Shown piece after piece: positions 15,432 through 24,760 of a stretch of 27,329 bases of DNA. Position numbers and translations under genes: made by a program. Under the pieces are notes generated by a model. The model was given only the letters and a program-made list of their open reading frames with translations, was not told where the DNA came from and searched no databases. Each line of letters starts with the position of its first letter. Position 1 is the first letter of the stretch. Origin of the DNA: a virus (Duplodnaviria; Caudoviricetes); the IMG/VR virus record IMGVR_UViG_3300025392_000365, positions 1 to 27,329 of that record; one strand, 5' to 3'.

Positions 15432-17093
15432 ATGCCAAAGTTTACAGATTTACCCAGTGCCGGCGCATTAACTGGAACAGAAATTACAGCATTAGTTGTT
15501 AATGTGACCGGAACATTAACCAGCGAACAAGCTACACTTAGTCAAATACAAACTTATGTGCTGTCTGGCAATGCCGCTAGTGCTACAAAACTAGCTACAG
15601 CTAGAACCATTAACGGTATAAATTTTGACGGTAGTGCTAATATTACTATTCCTACAACTATACCAGCGGCAACTAGTAGTGCGTTAGGTGGTGTAATAAT
15701 TCCAGCTACTTCAACTAGCGGTATAGTTAACAATTTAGGAACAATCAATATTGCCACAGCAAGTCCTACACAGTTAGGAGGTGTGTTAATTGATGGCACA
15801 ACAATTACTGTAAACGGTAGCAATCAAATACAGTACTCATTACCTATTGCTACAGGCAGTGTCTTAGGTGGAGTTAAACAAGGAACCAATGTAACTATCG
15901 ATGGCAGTGGAGTTATCAGCGTACCTACTGGTGCTGGTTATAGTTACACATTGCCAGTTGCTACAGGCAGTGTCTTAGGGGGAGTTAAACAAGGAAACAA
16001 TGTAACTATCGATGTCGCCGGAGTTATAAGTGTGGCCGCACCATATTCACTACCAGCCGCTACTTCTAGTTCTTTAGGTGGCGTACAAGTACAAAGTGCT
16101 TTAATTAGCGGACTAGTCAACACAGCAGGTAGTATTGTTCTAGCACAAGCTAGTAGTACACAGTTAGGCGGAGTCAAAATTGGTACTGGTATAACCATAG
16201 CCGGTGACGGTACAATTAGTACCACAGTTTATTCATTACCTCAAGCAACTACAACTACATTAGGCGGTGTCAAAGTTGACGGTAGTACTATTGTTGCCAA
16301 TAGCGGAGTTATTAGTTCAACTATTAGTGCGGCAACAACTACTAATTTAGGCGGTGTAACAGTTGCGGCTACTTCTACCAGTGGATTGATATTGTCAGGC
16401 GGTGGAGCATTAAGTCTTGGTGTAGCTACATCTAGTCAGTTGGGGGGTGTTATTGTTGACGGAACAACTATTGCTATTAACAGTAGTACTATTAGTGTTC
16501 CTTTATTTTCAGCTACTAAAATTGCTATAGGTAGCAATGCTGGCTCTACTGGACAAGGTACAAATAGTGTGGCAATTGGTGCGTTTGCCGGGCAAACAAA
16601 TCAACCTGCCAACACAATTATTTTAAATGCCAGCGGTAGTGCTGTTAATGGCGTTGTTTCTCAAACCAGCAGTTTCTATGTTAATCCAATTAGAAGTACA
16701 ACACCGCAAGCTGGTTTTGTTTACTATAATTCTAATACATACGAAGTAGTTTATTCAACTAGTTTAGGTTATCCGACTGGTTCAAGCTCAGGTGGTGCTG
16801 TTACTCAAACTGGTAGTAGAACCAACAGCGTAACTTTGAATAAATTAACTGGTCAAATTACCCTACTTGCCGCGGCTGGTTCAGCAACTCCAGCAACATT
16901 TACAGTTTCAAATACTACTGTAACCGCAGTAGATACCGTTATTGTAAACTGTAGCAGTTCCACTAACGTATATTTGACTTTTGTAACAGCAGTGGCCGCA
17001 AACAGTTTCAATATTACATATTACACAACGGGTGGCGTTACTTCGGATAGCCCAGTTTTCAACTTTACCGTAATCAAAGGTTCGAACAACTAA
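15432..17093 (+). CDS. Repeat-rich fibre protein (tail, collar or whisker)
   Basis: ATKLATARTINGINFDGSANITI motif; nine A(T/S)xxxLGGV repeats; AIG..AG repeats; beta-rich C-terminal domain. Confidence 0.75.
   Translation: MPKFTDLPSAGALTGTEITALVVNVTGTLTSEQATLSQIQTYVLSGNAASATKLATARTINGINFDGSANITIPTTIPAATSSALGGVIIPATSTSGIVNNLGTINIATASPTQLGGVLIDGTTITVNGSNQIQYSLPIATGSVLGGVKQGTNVTIDGSGVISVPTGAGYSYTLPVATGSVLGGVKQGNNVTIDVAGVISVAAPYSLPAATSSSLGGVQVQSALISGLVNTAGSIVLAQASSTQLGGVKIGTGITIAGDGTISTTVYSLPQATTTTLGGVKVDGSTIVANSGVISSTISAATTTNLGGVTVAATSTSGLILSGGGALSLGVATSSQLGGVIVDGTTIAINSSTISVPLFSATKIAIGSNAGSTGQGTNSVAIGAFAGQTNQPANTIILNASGSAVNGVVSQTSSFYVNPIRSTTPQAGFVYYNSNTYEVVYSTSLGYPTGSSSGGAVTQTGSRTNSVTLNKLTGQITLLAAAGSATPATFTVSNTTVTAVDTVIVNCSSSTNVYLTFVTAVAANSFNITYYTTGGVTSDSPVFNFTVIKGSNN
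15847..16014 (+). repeat. 57-nt direct repeat within the fibre gene
   Basis: 15847-15903 and 15958-16014 differ at 2 positions; period 111 nt (37 codons). Confidence 0.9.
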
Positions 17094-17097
17094 TTTC

Positions 17098-17126
17098 TTG
17101 ACCTTGTAATAAAACTGTTATATACT
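17098..17126 (+). promoter_or_regulatory. Sigma70-type (early) promoter for the dNMP kinase
   Basis: TTGACC (17098-17103), 17-nt spacer, TATACT (17121-17126) in the intergenic gap. Confidence 0.8.
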
Positions 17127-17148
17127 AGAGCTAATATTAGGGGGCTCT

Positions 17149-17856
17149 ATGATTATAGGTGTGTGCGGTTTTATCGGTTCTGGCAAAGATACTATTGCCG
17201 ATTATCTTACAAATTTCCACGGTTTTAGACGAGAATCGTTTGCCAACAGTCTCAAAGACGCTGTAAGTCAAGTGTTTGGTTGGGACAGAACCATGCTAGA
17301 AGGACGCACAAAACAAGCCCGTGAATGGCGCGAACAAATAGATCCGTGGTGGGCAGAACGTTTAAATATGCCTAATCTTACCCCGCGTTGGGTCTTACAA
17401 TACTGGGGCACAGAAGTATGCCGCAAATCATTCCACGATGATATTTGGATTGCAGCCTTAGAGCACAAACTACTAAACAGTAAAGACAACATTGTTATTA
17501 GTGATTGTCGTTTTCCTAACGAAATTAAATCAATTAAAAATGCTGGCGGCATGGTAATTCGTGTGGTTCGCGGCCCTGAGCCCGAATGGTATGATGCCGC
17601 AATTAGTGTAAATCGTGGCCCAGATGGTAACGTAATGTGGGCACTGAGCAAACAAAAGCTAGAAACATTAAAAATCCATGCTAGCGAAACCAGCTGGGTT
17701 GGTACTAGTTTTGATGCTGTTATGGACAATAACGGCACTATAGATGAGCTATACAACCAAGTACAGTCTCTTATAAATCTGGAGTCAAACCCCCTTGACG
17801 CCATGTCACGCCTTCTTTGTGAAGAGTCCGCTGACAGTTTGAACACACAGTCTTGA
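17149..17856 (+). CDS. Deoxynucleoside monophosphate kinase (T4 gp1-like)
   Basis: P-loop GFIGSGKDT; FA..LKD; TPR.VLQ.WGTEV.R; VISDCRFPNE; HASE. Confidence 0.92.
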   Translation: MIIGVCGFIGSGKDTIADYLTNFHGFRRESFANSLKDAVSQVFGWDRTMLEGRTKQAREWREQIDPWWAERLNMPNLTPRWVLQYWGTEVCRKSFHDDIWIAALEHKLLNSKDNIVISDCRFPNEIKSIKNAGGMVIRVVRGPEPEWYDAAISVNRGPDGNVMWALSKQKLETLKIHASETSWVGTSFDAVMDNNGTIDELYNQVQSLINLESNPLDAMSRLLCEESADSLNTQS

Positions 17857-18097
17857 GATTTGTATGACGGCAATTATTTAAATCGCCGTCCACATGAAAT
17901 ACGTTAAACACCTCAGAGTGCGGGCTACGATACCCGCACTTGTCGCAACTACTTTTCATTTTATAGCCAGCACTAGCCCAGCGTGGTAATCGAACTCCAC
18001 GCGAGCACACACCGCACTGGGTTCTGTAGTAGGGTTTTCCGTTTTTGTAGTAATTTATACTAACTGGGCGCAGTCCGCAGGTACACAAAGGTCTCAT
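17771..18097 (-). CDS. Small Zn-binding HNH-family protein
   Basis: CxC, CxxC, CDKC; HVDGDLNNCRHTNLKTVCSNC HNH-like core; TAAATA 4 nt upstream of the ATG. Confidence 0.75.
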   Translation of the reverse strand: MRPLCTCGLRPVSINYYKNGKPYYRTQCGVCSRGVRLPRWASAGYKMKSSCDKCGYRSPHSEVFNVFHVDGDLNNCRHTNLKTVCSNCQRTLHKEGVTWRQGGLTPDL

Positions 18098-18101
18098 GAA
18101 T

Positions 18102-18107
18102 TATTTA
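18102..18107 (-). promoter_or_regulatory. Late promoter core TAAATA for the HNH gene
   Basis: Minus strand reads TTAAATAATTCATG. Confidence 0.55.
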
Positions 18108-18162
18108 AGCCTTTTTGACGACCTTTATATTGCTTATAACAACCTATAAAACCAAATCTTAC

Positions 18163-18169
18163 ATAAATA
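18163..18169 (+). promoter_or_regulatory. Late promoter for the sheath/tube operon
   Basis: ATAAATA 32 nt upstream of the sheath ATG; GGAG SD at 18190-18193. Confidence 0.7.
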
Positions 18170-18201
18170 CATGAAGAACATGTACTCATGGAGATAACAC
18201 A

Positions 18202-21200
18202 ATGGCTCAATTAAGTTCACCAGGCGTAAGCGTAACAGTAGTAGATGAATCGTTCTACACCCCAGCGGCTCCTGGAACCGTACCCCTAATCATCGTAGCA
18301 TCAGAACAAGACAAACTGAACGCTGCCGGAACTGGCATAGCACCAGGTACTACCAAAGCAAATGCTGGACAAGTATATCTATTAACAAGCCAAGCAGACC
18401 TTGGTTCAACTTTTGGTATTCCATACTTCCAAACTGACGCTCAAAATAATCCAGTTAATGCTGGTGAATTGAACGAATACGGTCTACAAGCCGCTTATAG
18501 CTTCTTAGGTGTAAGCAATCGTGCTTATGTTGTACGTGCTGATGTAGATACAAAACAATTAATTGGTTCAACGAGTGCTCCAACAAGTGCGCCAGCAGAT
18601 GGCACATATTGGTTTGATATTGCTGACACACAATTTGGTGTGTTCCAATGGAATTCAAGTGTAGCTACAGCAACCAATGGCCAAACATTTATCAATCAAA
18701 GTACTGTTAATAACTTGTTTGTTATTACAGACAGCAAACTAGTTGATCCTAACACTTATGCTCCAATACCAAGTTATGGTGCTTTAGGCGATTATGCTAT
18801 TGTAGCAACTACAACTTTAAACAAGTTATGGTTGAAAAAGTTCCAAACAGATACAGCCGCAGGTACATGGGTTGAAGTTGGTTCTTCTACATGGAGCAAA
18901 GCATGGCCAACAGTTACCAGCGCAACAATCGCATCAAACGCACAAATTAATGGTACACTTATCATCAATAGTTCTTCAACTATTACTGCTAGTAACGCAA
19001 CTCCAAGTGCTTTAGCTACTCAAATTAACGGTGCCGCTATCAGCGGTGTTACAGCGGCTTATGTAAACAGCACACTACAAATTTATTCATCAGGCGTCAA
19101 CGTTGTTATCAGTGGTAGCTTGACAGGTACAGTACAAGCTCCAGGTACATATGGCCTAGTTGGTGGTACATACCTAGCACCACAATTACAAATTAGCCCA
19201 CACTACGCAGTTCCATTATATGGAATTTATGACAGCTTTGTAGCTTATGGTTCAGGAAATGCTGGACAAACTAGCGTATCTGGTGCTCCAACTGGCAGTA
19301 TCTGGATCAAGACCACAGCTATCAATTTAGGTGCTAACTGGTTTATTAAGAAATACAATGCCGCTACTAGCTCTTGGATTACACAAAGCACTAAAGTATT
19401 GGCCAATAACCAAACAGCATTGGCTACATTAGACCCAACAGGTGGCGGTGTTAACATTCCAGTTGGCGCAGTTTATGTCAAATACAATGACGCTGAATTT
19501 ACTAGCCCATATGCTAACTTTAAAGTATACGGACGTACAGGCACTGGTGCTACTAGTATTGTTTCTAGCGCAGTTTCAGCTAGCACATTCCCAGGAAGTG
19601 TTAGCAGTACAGCAAGTGCTACAGGCTTTATTGGCAATGGTGTAAGTTCAGCTAGCGCAGGTACTATCTTTACTCCAACAGGAGCAATCACTGGTTCATT
19701 CCTAAGTGGTATGACATTAACAGGTACTAACGTTACTACAGGCGGAACAGCAACAACTATTACCGCAGTTAATACAGCAACTATCACTGCTACAGTTGGT
19801 GCTACACTAACTGCTACTAGCACAACTACTACAAGTGGTAATATTACAATTAGCAACTTTGCTACATATACATTGGCAGCTGGTATGGCAGTACAAGTAG
19901 CTGGTACAACAAGTCAAGGTATTACAGCTGGTACATACTACATCATTGGTAGTCCAACAAGTACAAGTATTCAATTGTCAGCAACAGCAGGCGGTGTAGC
20001 AATTACAACTACAGTTGGTGCTATTTCAGGTCTAACATTTACACTATTAGTAATGAACGTAACTGCAGCTTCTGGCACACTAAGTGTAGGTCAAACCCTA
20101 AGCGGTGGTGCTGTAACAGCAGGTACTTACATTAACGGTACATTCAGTGGTTCGGGTTCAACTGGTACTTATGGATTGAACCAAGTAGCTACTGGTGCTC
20201 CAACAACAGCTACTAGCTATACAGTAAACAAGAGTTTATCAGTATCAAGCACAACTATTACTGGTACTGCTTATAACGAAACTTACTCATTTACAATAGC
20301 ACAAAGTCAAATTGGTTCAAGTTCATTGACTACTCCTGTAACTGTAACATTTACAGCTAGCCAAAATGCTACATTAGATGCTACAGCATTCTTAACAGCA
20401 TTTACAGCGGCAGTTACTGATCCTAACATCCAAGCATCACGCAACACAACAACTAACGTAATTACAATTACACACTTAGCTGGTGGTGATATCCGTTTAG
20501 TTGACGGTACTAACACACCATTAAGCAAGTTGTTTACAGTTGGTACAACTAACAACTATTACACAGATCCAACAGGCAACGCTAACAGTTATATTGCTAC
20601 TCAGTGGGCAAGCACAGTTAATGGTAGCGCATTTGCTGTGGCAAGTGTAACAAGTCCAACATCAACACCAGTAAGTGGTACATTATGGTACGATACAAAC
20701 TTAGATGCTGACATTTTAGTTAATGATGGTACTAAGTGGGTTGGTTACCTAAACTATACACAAAATGCTGTAGGTGGCGGAACAACAGATCCAATGGGTC
20801 CAATCTTTTCAAGTACTATGCCTACCGCACAAAGTGGTGGAGCTGCACTAGCACATGGCGATTTGTGGATTGATCCACAAAACTTAGAAGCATATCCACA
20901 AATCTTCAAATATAACTATCAAACTAAGAAATGGGTATTATTAGACAATACAGACCATGTAACAGGTAACGGTATTATATTTGCTGACGCTCGTTGGGGG
21001 GTTGATAACACACTTAACGTGCCACAAACAGGTACTGTAGCACAAGGTACTATTGCTTCATTGTTGTCTAGCAACTTCGTAGACTTTGATTGTCCAAATC
21101 CAGCACTATATCCAAAAGGTATGTTGCTATGGAACACACGTCGTTCAGGATTTAACGTCAAGCAGTATGTTGTAGGTTATGTTAACACACAAAATTATAA

Positions 21201-22245
21201 CACAATCTATCAAAATACATTAATGACTAACTATGCTCCAGATCGTTGGGTAACATACAGTCCTAACGATGTTAACGGTGTTGGTCAATTTGGACGTAAA
21301 GCACAACGTAGTGTTGTTCTAAAAGCTCTTAACGCTACTATCCAAAGCAATACAGGTATTCGTCAACCAGACACAGTTATTTTCAACTTGTTAAGTTGCC
21401 CAGGCTACTTAGAAACAACTAGCGAACTAGTTGCTCTAAACAACGACAACGGTCTAACAGCATTTATTGTTGCTGATAGTCCAGCACGTTTAACACCAGA
21501 TGCTACAAGTTTAAGCAACTGGGGTAATAATGTAAACAAAGCCGCAGTAGATGGTGACAGCGGTTTAATTGTTACTGATCCATACACAGCAGTTTATTAT
21601 CCATGGGGTTATACAACTGATTTGATAGGCAACAATATTGTTGTTCCACCAAGTCACATTATGTTGCGTACAATCGCATTGAATGATAACGTGGCTTATC
21701 CATGGTTTGCTCCAGCTGGTGTACGCCGTGGTGGTGTAACAAATGCTAGCTCAGTAGGTTATGTTGATAGCTTAACAGGCGAATTTGTAACAGTAGCATT
21801 GAACGTTGGACAACGCGATACGCTAGCCGCAATCCATGTAAATCCAATTACATACATTGCTGGTACAGGTCTAGTATGTTACGGACAGAAGACACGTCAA
21901 TTGGTAGCAAGTTCATTAGATCGTATCAACGTAGCACGTCTAGTAGTTTACTTACGTTATCGTTTGACACAGTTGGCTAAACCATTCATCTTTGAACCAA
22001 ATGATACAATTACACGTAATGAAATGAAACAGTTAGTTGAAAAACTATTGTTAGAATTGACAGCAGAACGTGCCTTGTATGACTATGTTGTAGTTTGTGA
22101 CACAAGCAACAATACGCCAAGCAGAATCGACGCCAACGAACTACATGTTGACATAGCAATTGAGCCAGTTAAGGCAGTTGAATTTATCTATATTCCACTA
22201 CGCCTAGAAAACACAGGTGCTATCAAGGCATTAGGTCTAAAATAA
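18202..22245 (+). CDS. gp18: Contractile tail sheath protein with large inserted domains
   Basis: N-terminal LSSPGVSV..VDES; C-terminal AVYYPW, VPPS, PWFAPAG..RG, RDTL....VNPI, DRINVARL, FEPND..TR, VVCD.SNNTP..ID.NEL..DIAI.P.KA.EFIYI. Confidence 0.96.
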   Translation: MAQLSSPGVSVTVVDESFYTPAAPGTVPLIIVASEQDKLNAAGTGIAPGTTKANAGQVYLLTSQADLGSTFGIPYFQTDAQNNPVNAGELNEYGLQAAYSFLGVSNRAYVVRADVDTKQLIGSTSAPTSAPADGTYWFDIADTQFGVFQWNSSVATATNGQTFINQSTVNNLFVITDSKLVDPNTYAPIPSYGALGDYAIVATTTLNKLWLKKFQTDTAAGTWVEVGSSTWSKAWPTVTSATIASNAQINGTLIINSSSTITASNATPSALATQINGAAISGVTAAYVNSTLQIYSSGVNVVISGSLTGTVQAPGTYGLVGGTYLAPQLQISPHYAVPLYGIYDSFVAYGSGNAGQTSVSGAPTGSIWIKTTAINLGANWFIKKYNAATSSWITQSTKVLANNQTALATLDPTGGGVNIPVGAVYVKYNDAEFTSPYANFKVYGRTGTGATSIVSSAVSASTFPGSVSSTASATGFIGNGVSSASAGTIFTPTGAITGSFLSGMTLTGTNVTTGGTATTITAVNTATITATVGATLTATSTTTTSGNITISNFATYTLAAGMAVQVAGTTSQGITAGTYYIIGSPTSTSIQLSATAGGVAITTTVGAISGLTFTLLVMNVTAASGTLSVGQTLSGGAVTAGTYINGTFSGSGSTGTYGLNQVATGAPTTATSYTVNKSLSVSSTTITGTAYNETYSFTIAQSQIGSSSLTTPVTVTFTASQNATLDATAFLTAFTAAVTDPNIQASRNTTTNVITITHLAGGDIRLVDGTNTPLSKLFTVGTTNNYYTDPTGNANSYIATQWASTVNGSAFAVASVTSPTSTPVSGTLWYDTNLDADILVNDGTKWVGYLNYTQNAVGGGTTDPMGPIFSSTMPTAQSGGAALAHGDLWIDPQNLEAYPQIFKYNYQTKKWVLLDNTDHVTGNGIIFADARWGVDNTLNVPQTGTVAQGTIASLLSSNFVDFDCPNPALYPKGMLLWNTRRSGFNVKQYVVGYVNTQNYNTIYQNTLMTNYAPDRWVTYSPNDVNGVGQFGRKAQRSVVLKALNATIQSNTGIRQPDTVIFNLLSCPGYLETTSELVALNNDNGLTAFIVADSPARLTPDATSLSNWGNNVNKAAVDGDSGLIVTDPYTAVYYPWGYTTDLIGNNIVVPPSHIMLRTIALNDNVAYPWFAPAGVRRGGVTNASSVGYVDSLTGEFVTVALNVGQRDTLAAIHVNPITYIAGTGLVCYGQKTRQLVASSLDRINVARLVVYLRYRLTQLAKPFIFEPNDTITRNEMKQLVEKLLLELTAERALYDYVVVCDTSNNTPSRIDANELHVDIAIEPVKAVEFIYIPLRLENTGAIKALGLK

Positions 22246-22258
22246 TTAGGAGAACACA

Positions 22259-22882
22259 ATGGCAATCGCAGCCTTATCAAATTTTACAGTACCATTAGCT
22301 AGTGACCAGAGCGCAAGCTCACAAGGTCAGCTAATGCCAAAGTTACAATATAGATTCCGTATCACATTTGAAAACTTTGGTGTAAGTACTCCACGTACAG
22401 AATTGACCAAGCAAGTGTCAGATGCTTTCCGTCCTAACGTAAGTTTTGATCCACAAACTTTAGAAATTTATAACAGTAAGATCTACTACGCTGGTAAACC
22501 AAAGTGGGAAGCAGGTAGCGTTAAGCTACGTGACGATGTTACTGGTCAAGTTACTAAACTAGTCGGCGAGCAAATGCAACGTCAATTCGACTTCTTTGAA
22601 CAAAGTTCAGCGGCAGCTGGCGGTGACTACAAGTTTACAATGCGTATTGAAATGTTAGACGGTGGTAACGGTACTAACACTCCTGTAGTATTAGAAACAT
22701 GGGAAGTGTATGGTTGCTTTATTCAAAGTGCTAACTATGGTACACTTGCTTATAAAGAGCAAGGCCCTATGATGATTGACTTAAAAATTCAATTTGATAA
22801 TGCGGTACAAACAGTAGGTGGAGCACTAGGTTCACCAACAAGCGTACAAACAGTACGCGGTACTAGCACAATCGGTAGTTAA
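22259..22882 (+). CDS. gp19: Tail tube protein
   Basis: Directly follows the sheath; AGGAG SD; PKLQYRFR, YYAGKPKW, MLDG.....LETW...GCF......YG.L.Y. Confidence 0.85.
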   Translation: MAIAALSNFTVPLASDQSASSQGQLMPKLQYRFRITFENFGVSTPRTELTKQVSDAFRPNVSFDPQTLEIYNSKIYYAGKPKWEAGSVKLRDDVTGQVTKLVGEQMQRQFDFFEQSSAAAGGDYKFTMRIEMLDGGNGTNTPVVLETWEVYGCFIQSANYGTLAYKEQGPMMIDLKIQFDNAVQTVGGALGSPTSVQTVRGTSTIGS

Positions 22883-22887
22883 TAATT

Positions 22888-22910
22888 AAGCCTACTTAGT
22901 AGGCTTTTTT
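22888..22910 (+). terminator. Rho-independent terminator
   Basis: AAGCCTAC-TTA-GTAGGCTT followed by a T-run immediately after the tail tube stop. Confidence 0.9.
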
Positions 22911-22944
22911 ATGACTAATCATAATGTACGCAGTTTATTCGTTC

Positions 22945-22952
22945 GATAAATA
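22945..22952 (+). promoter_or_regulatory. Late promoter GATAAATA
   Basis: Follows the terminator; 5 nt before ATG 22958; no SD. Confidence 0.7.
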
Positions 22953-22957
22953 ATGTT

Positions 22958-23950
22958 ATGAGCTTTACATCTAACGACCATTTAAAATCAGACCCAAGAA
23001 TCGCCTTGCGAGATTGGCAACATGCCGCACGGATGTTTAGCGACCAGCAGTTTAGGCTGGCTCCTAAATTAGATTTTCAATTTCATGTGGCTTTTAATAT
23101 TAATAAAGCCGCACTAAAAAATGCCAACATTGTTACTAGATATGGTAATGAAATTAATATGTTGGCCAAGGGTGTAGCACTGCCTAAATTTGAAGTAAAA
23201 ATAGAAACTGCTAATCAATACAATAGAAAAAAACAAGTACAATATTACCATACTCCTGGCGATGTTGCTATTACTTTTTACGATGATAATATGGGTTTAA
23301 TCAACCATGTATGGCAAAATTATTACAGTTACTATTATGCTGATAGTACCAGTGCTAAGACAAATGGAGCATATGGTAGAAACGCAACCCAAAGCAGTAA
23401 CTATATTACTACCCCATATGGCCTAGACAACTCAAGTACATTGCCGTTTTTTAATTACATTACAATTTATCAAATGGCCCGTCATGAATGGATCAGTGTT
23501 AAACTAGTAAATCCTATTATTAAAAGTTGGGACGGTAATAAATTAGACTGGGGTAGCAATAAGATACACGAGTTTTCTATGACCCTAAGTTACGAAGCTG
23601 TAACATACGATCAAGGTCGTGTCGAAGCAGGTAGTCCAGAAGGCTTTGGATTAGAGCATTATGATCACGGGCCTAGCCCACTTCAGGGAGTAAATCCTGA
23701 TCCTACCGTGGCTCAACCAAGTTTTGTAGAAGCATTAGATATAGAAACTGCAGCACCTAGTTTTGTCAACAACGCAATTAATACAATCAACGCTTATCAA
23801 AATACACAAACACCGACTAGTCCTTCGGGAACATTAGGTGTTACTACTACTGCACCATTACAAACTACTGGCGGAACTGCTGGCATTGTGTTCCCACAAG
23901 CCGCCGCAACAAATAATAATACAATTCAAGCTAGGCCAATAAAATTATGA
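22958..23950 (+). CDS. Tail-tube-fold baseplate/tube initiator protein (gp48/gp54-like)
   Basis: PK..FQFHV.F, K.V.LPKF....ET.NQYNRK, ITFYDDN, LVNP.I.SW....LD.......E.SMTL.YE mirror the tube-protein pattern; Thr/Pro-rich tail. Confidence 0.6.
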   Translation: MSFTSNDHLKSDPRIALRDWQHAARMFSDQQFRLAPKLDFQFHVAFNINKAALKNANIVTRYGNEINMLAKGVALPKFEVKIETANQYNRKKQVQYYHTPGDVAITFYDDNMGLINHVWQNYYSYYYADSTSAKTNGAYGRNATQSSNYITTPYGLDNSSTLPFFNYITIYQMARHEWISVKLVNPIIKSWDGNKLDWGSNKIHEFSMTLSYEAVTYDQGRVEAGSPEGFGLEHYDHGPSPLQGVNPDPTVAQPSFVEALDIETAAPSFVNNAINTINAYQNTQTPTSPSGTLGVTTTAPLQTTGGTAGIVFPQAAATNNNTIQARPIKL

Positions 23951-24309
23951 GTTTAAATTTACCTACTACAGAAACTACTGGCACAGATGTTAAAACATTC
24001 TTTGCCAACTATTATAAAACAGCAGTAAGTTTTCCAGCTAGCGAAATTGACGCAACTATTGGATTTTTCCTTAAGCGAGGATTTGACACCAACAGTGCTA
24101 GAAGTACAGCTATTGTATTATTAACACAAGCTCGTGTTGAAAATGTAAGTGTTTTTAAATTGTTAGATACATTGAAAAGTCTAACCGACGTTCAGTTAAG
24201 TCAAGTTGTTGCCCAAGTGTTAAATAACAATAGAGAAAAGACCAGCTTATTAGGCTACAGAATACAAGCTGTTACTGATACTTACGAAAGTCGCAACATA
24301 CTAGTATAA
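23947..24309 (+). CDS. Hypothetical protein (probably virion structural)
   Basis: ATGA overlap with the upstream gene; lies in a structural operon. Confidence 0.6.
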   Translation: MSLNLPTTETTGTDVKTFFANYYKTAVSFPASEIDATIGFFLKRGFDTNSARSTAIVLLTQARVENVSVFKLLDTLKSLTDVQLSQVVAQVLNNNREKTSLLGYRIQAVTDTYESRNILV

Positions 24310-24310
24310 T

Positions 24311-24742
24311 ATGGCTACCAAATTTGCTCGTGGCAAGTTCACAATGAAAAACCCTCAAAAATATGTTGGAACTAAAACTCCAACATATCGTAGCAGTTGG
24401 GAACATAGTTTTATGAATTTTTGCGATGTAAACGAGCACGTACTCAAGTGGGCCAGCGAAGCTGTACAAATTCCCTACAAAGATCCGCTTACTAATAGAC
24501 AAACAGTTTATGTACCTGATTTTTTTATACAGTATCAGGACAAGTTTGGCAAAATACTTACCGAACTGATAGAAATAAAACCTGCTAGTCAAACTATATT
24601 AGAACGTGTGGGCAAGAACAAATATAATCAAGCACAATTTGTTAAAAATCAAGCCAAGTGGGCGGCTGCTGGTTTGTGGTGTAAACAACAGGGTATAAAA
24701 TTTCGTATTCTCAATGAAGGCGATATTTTTAGCAAAGTCTAA
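24311..24742 (+). CDS. gp4: Head completion nuclease (T4 gp4-like, TnsA-type PD-(D/E)xK)
   Basis: GKF...NPQKY.G....YRSSWE..FM.FCD.N..VLKWASE...IPY, Y.PDF, IEIKP..Q, NQAKW.AA. Confidence 0.9.
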   Translation: MATKFARGKFTMKNPQKYVGTKTPTYRSSWEHSFMNFCDVNEHVLKWASEAVQIPYKDPLTNRQTVYVPDFFIQYQDKFGKILTELIEIKPASQTILERVGKNKYNQAQFVKNQAKWAAAGLWCKQQGIKFRILNEGDIFSKV

Positions 24743-24748
24743 TTTGAA

Positions 24749-24756
24749 TATAAGTA
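24749..24756 (+). promoter_or_regulatory. Late promoter variant TATAAGTA
   Basis: One mismatch to TATAAATA, in an 18-nt gap, 4 nt before ATG 24761. Confidence 0.5.
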
Positions 24757-24760
24757 AAGT

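Noticed and set aside
17268-17873. 201-aa antisense ORF and the other short antisense or nested ORFs in the track
   Set aside because: These are shadows of well-supported genes, with no motifs or initiation signals.
18170-18197. Mini-ORF MKNMYSWR and a weak CATGA/TCATG hairpin before the sheath gene
   Set aside because: The ATG lies only 1 nt after the promoter core, so it is probably not transcribed, and the stem is short.
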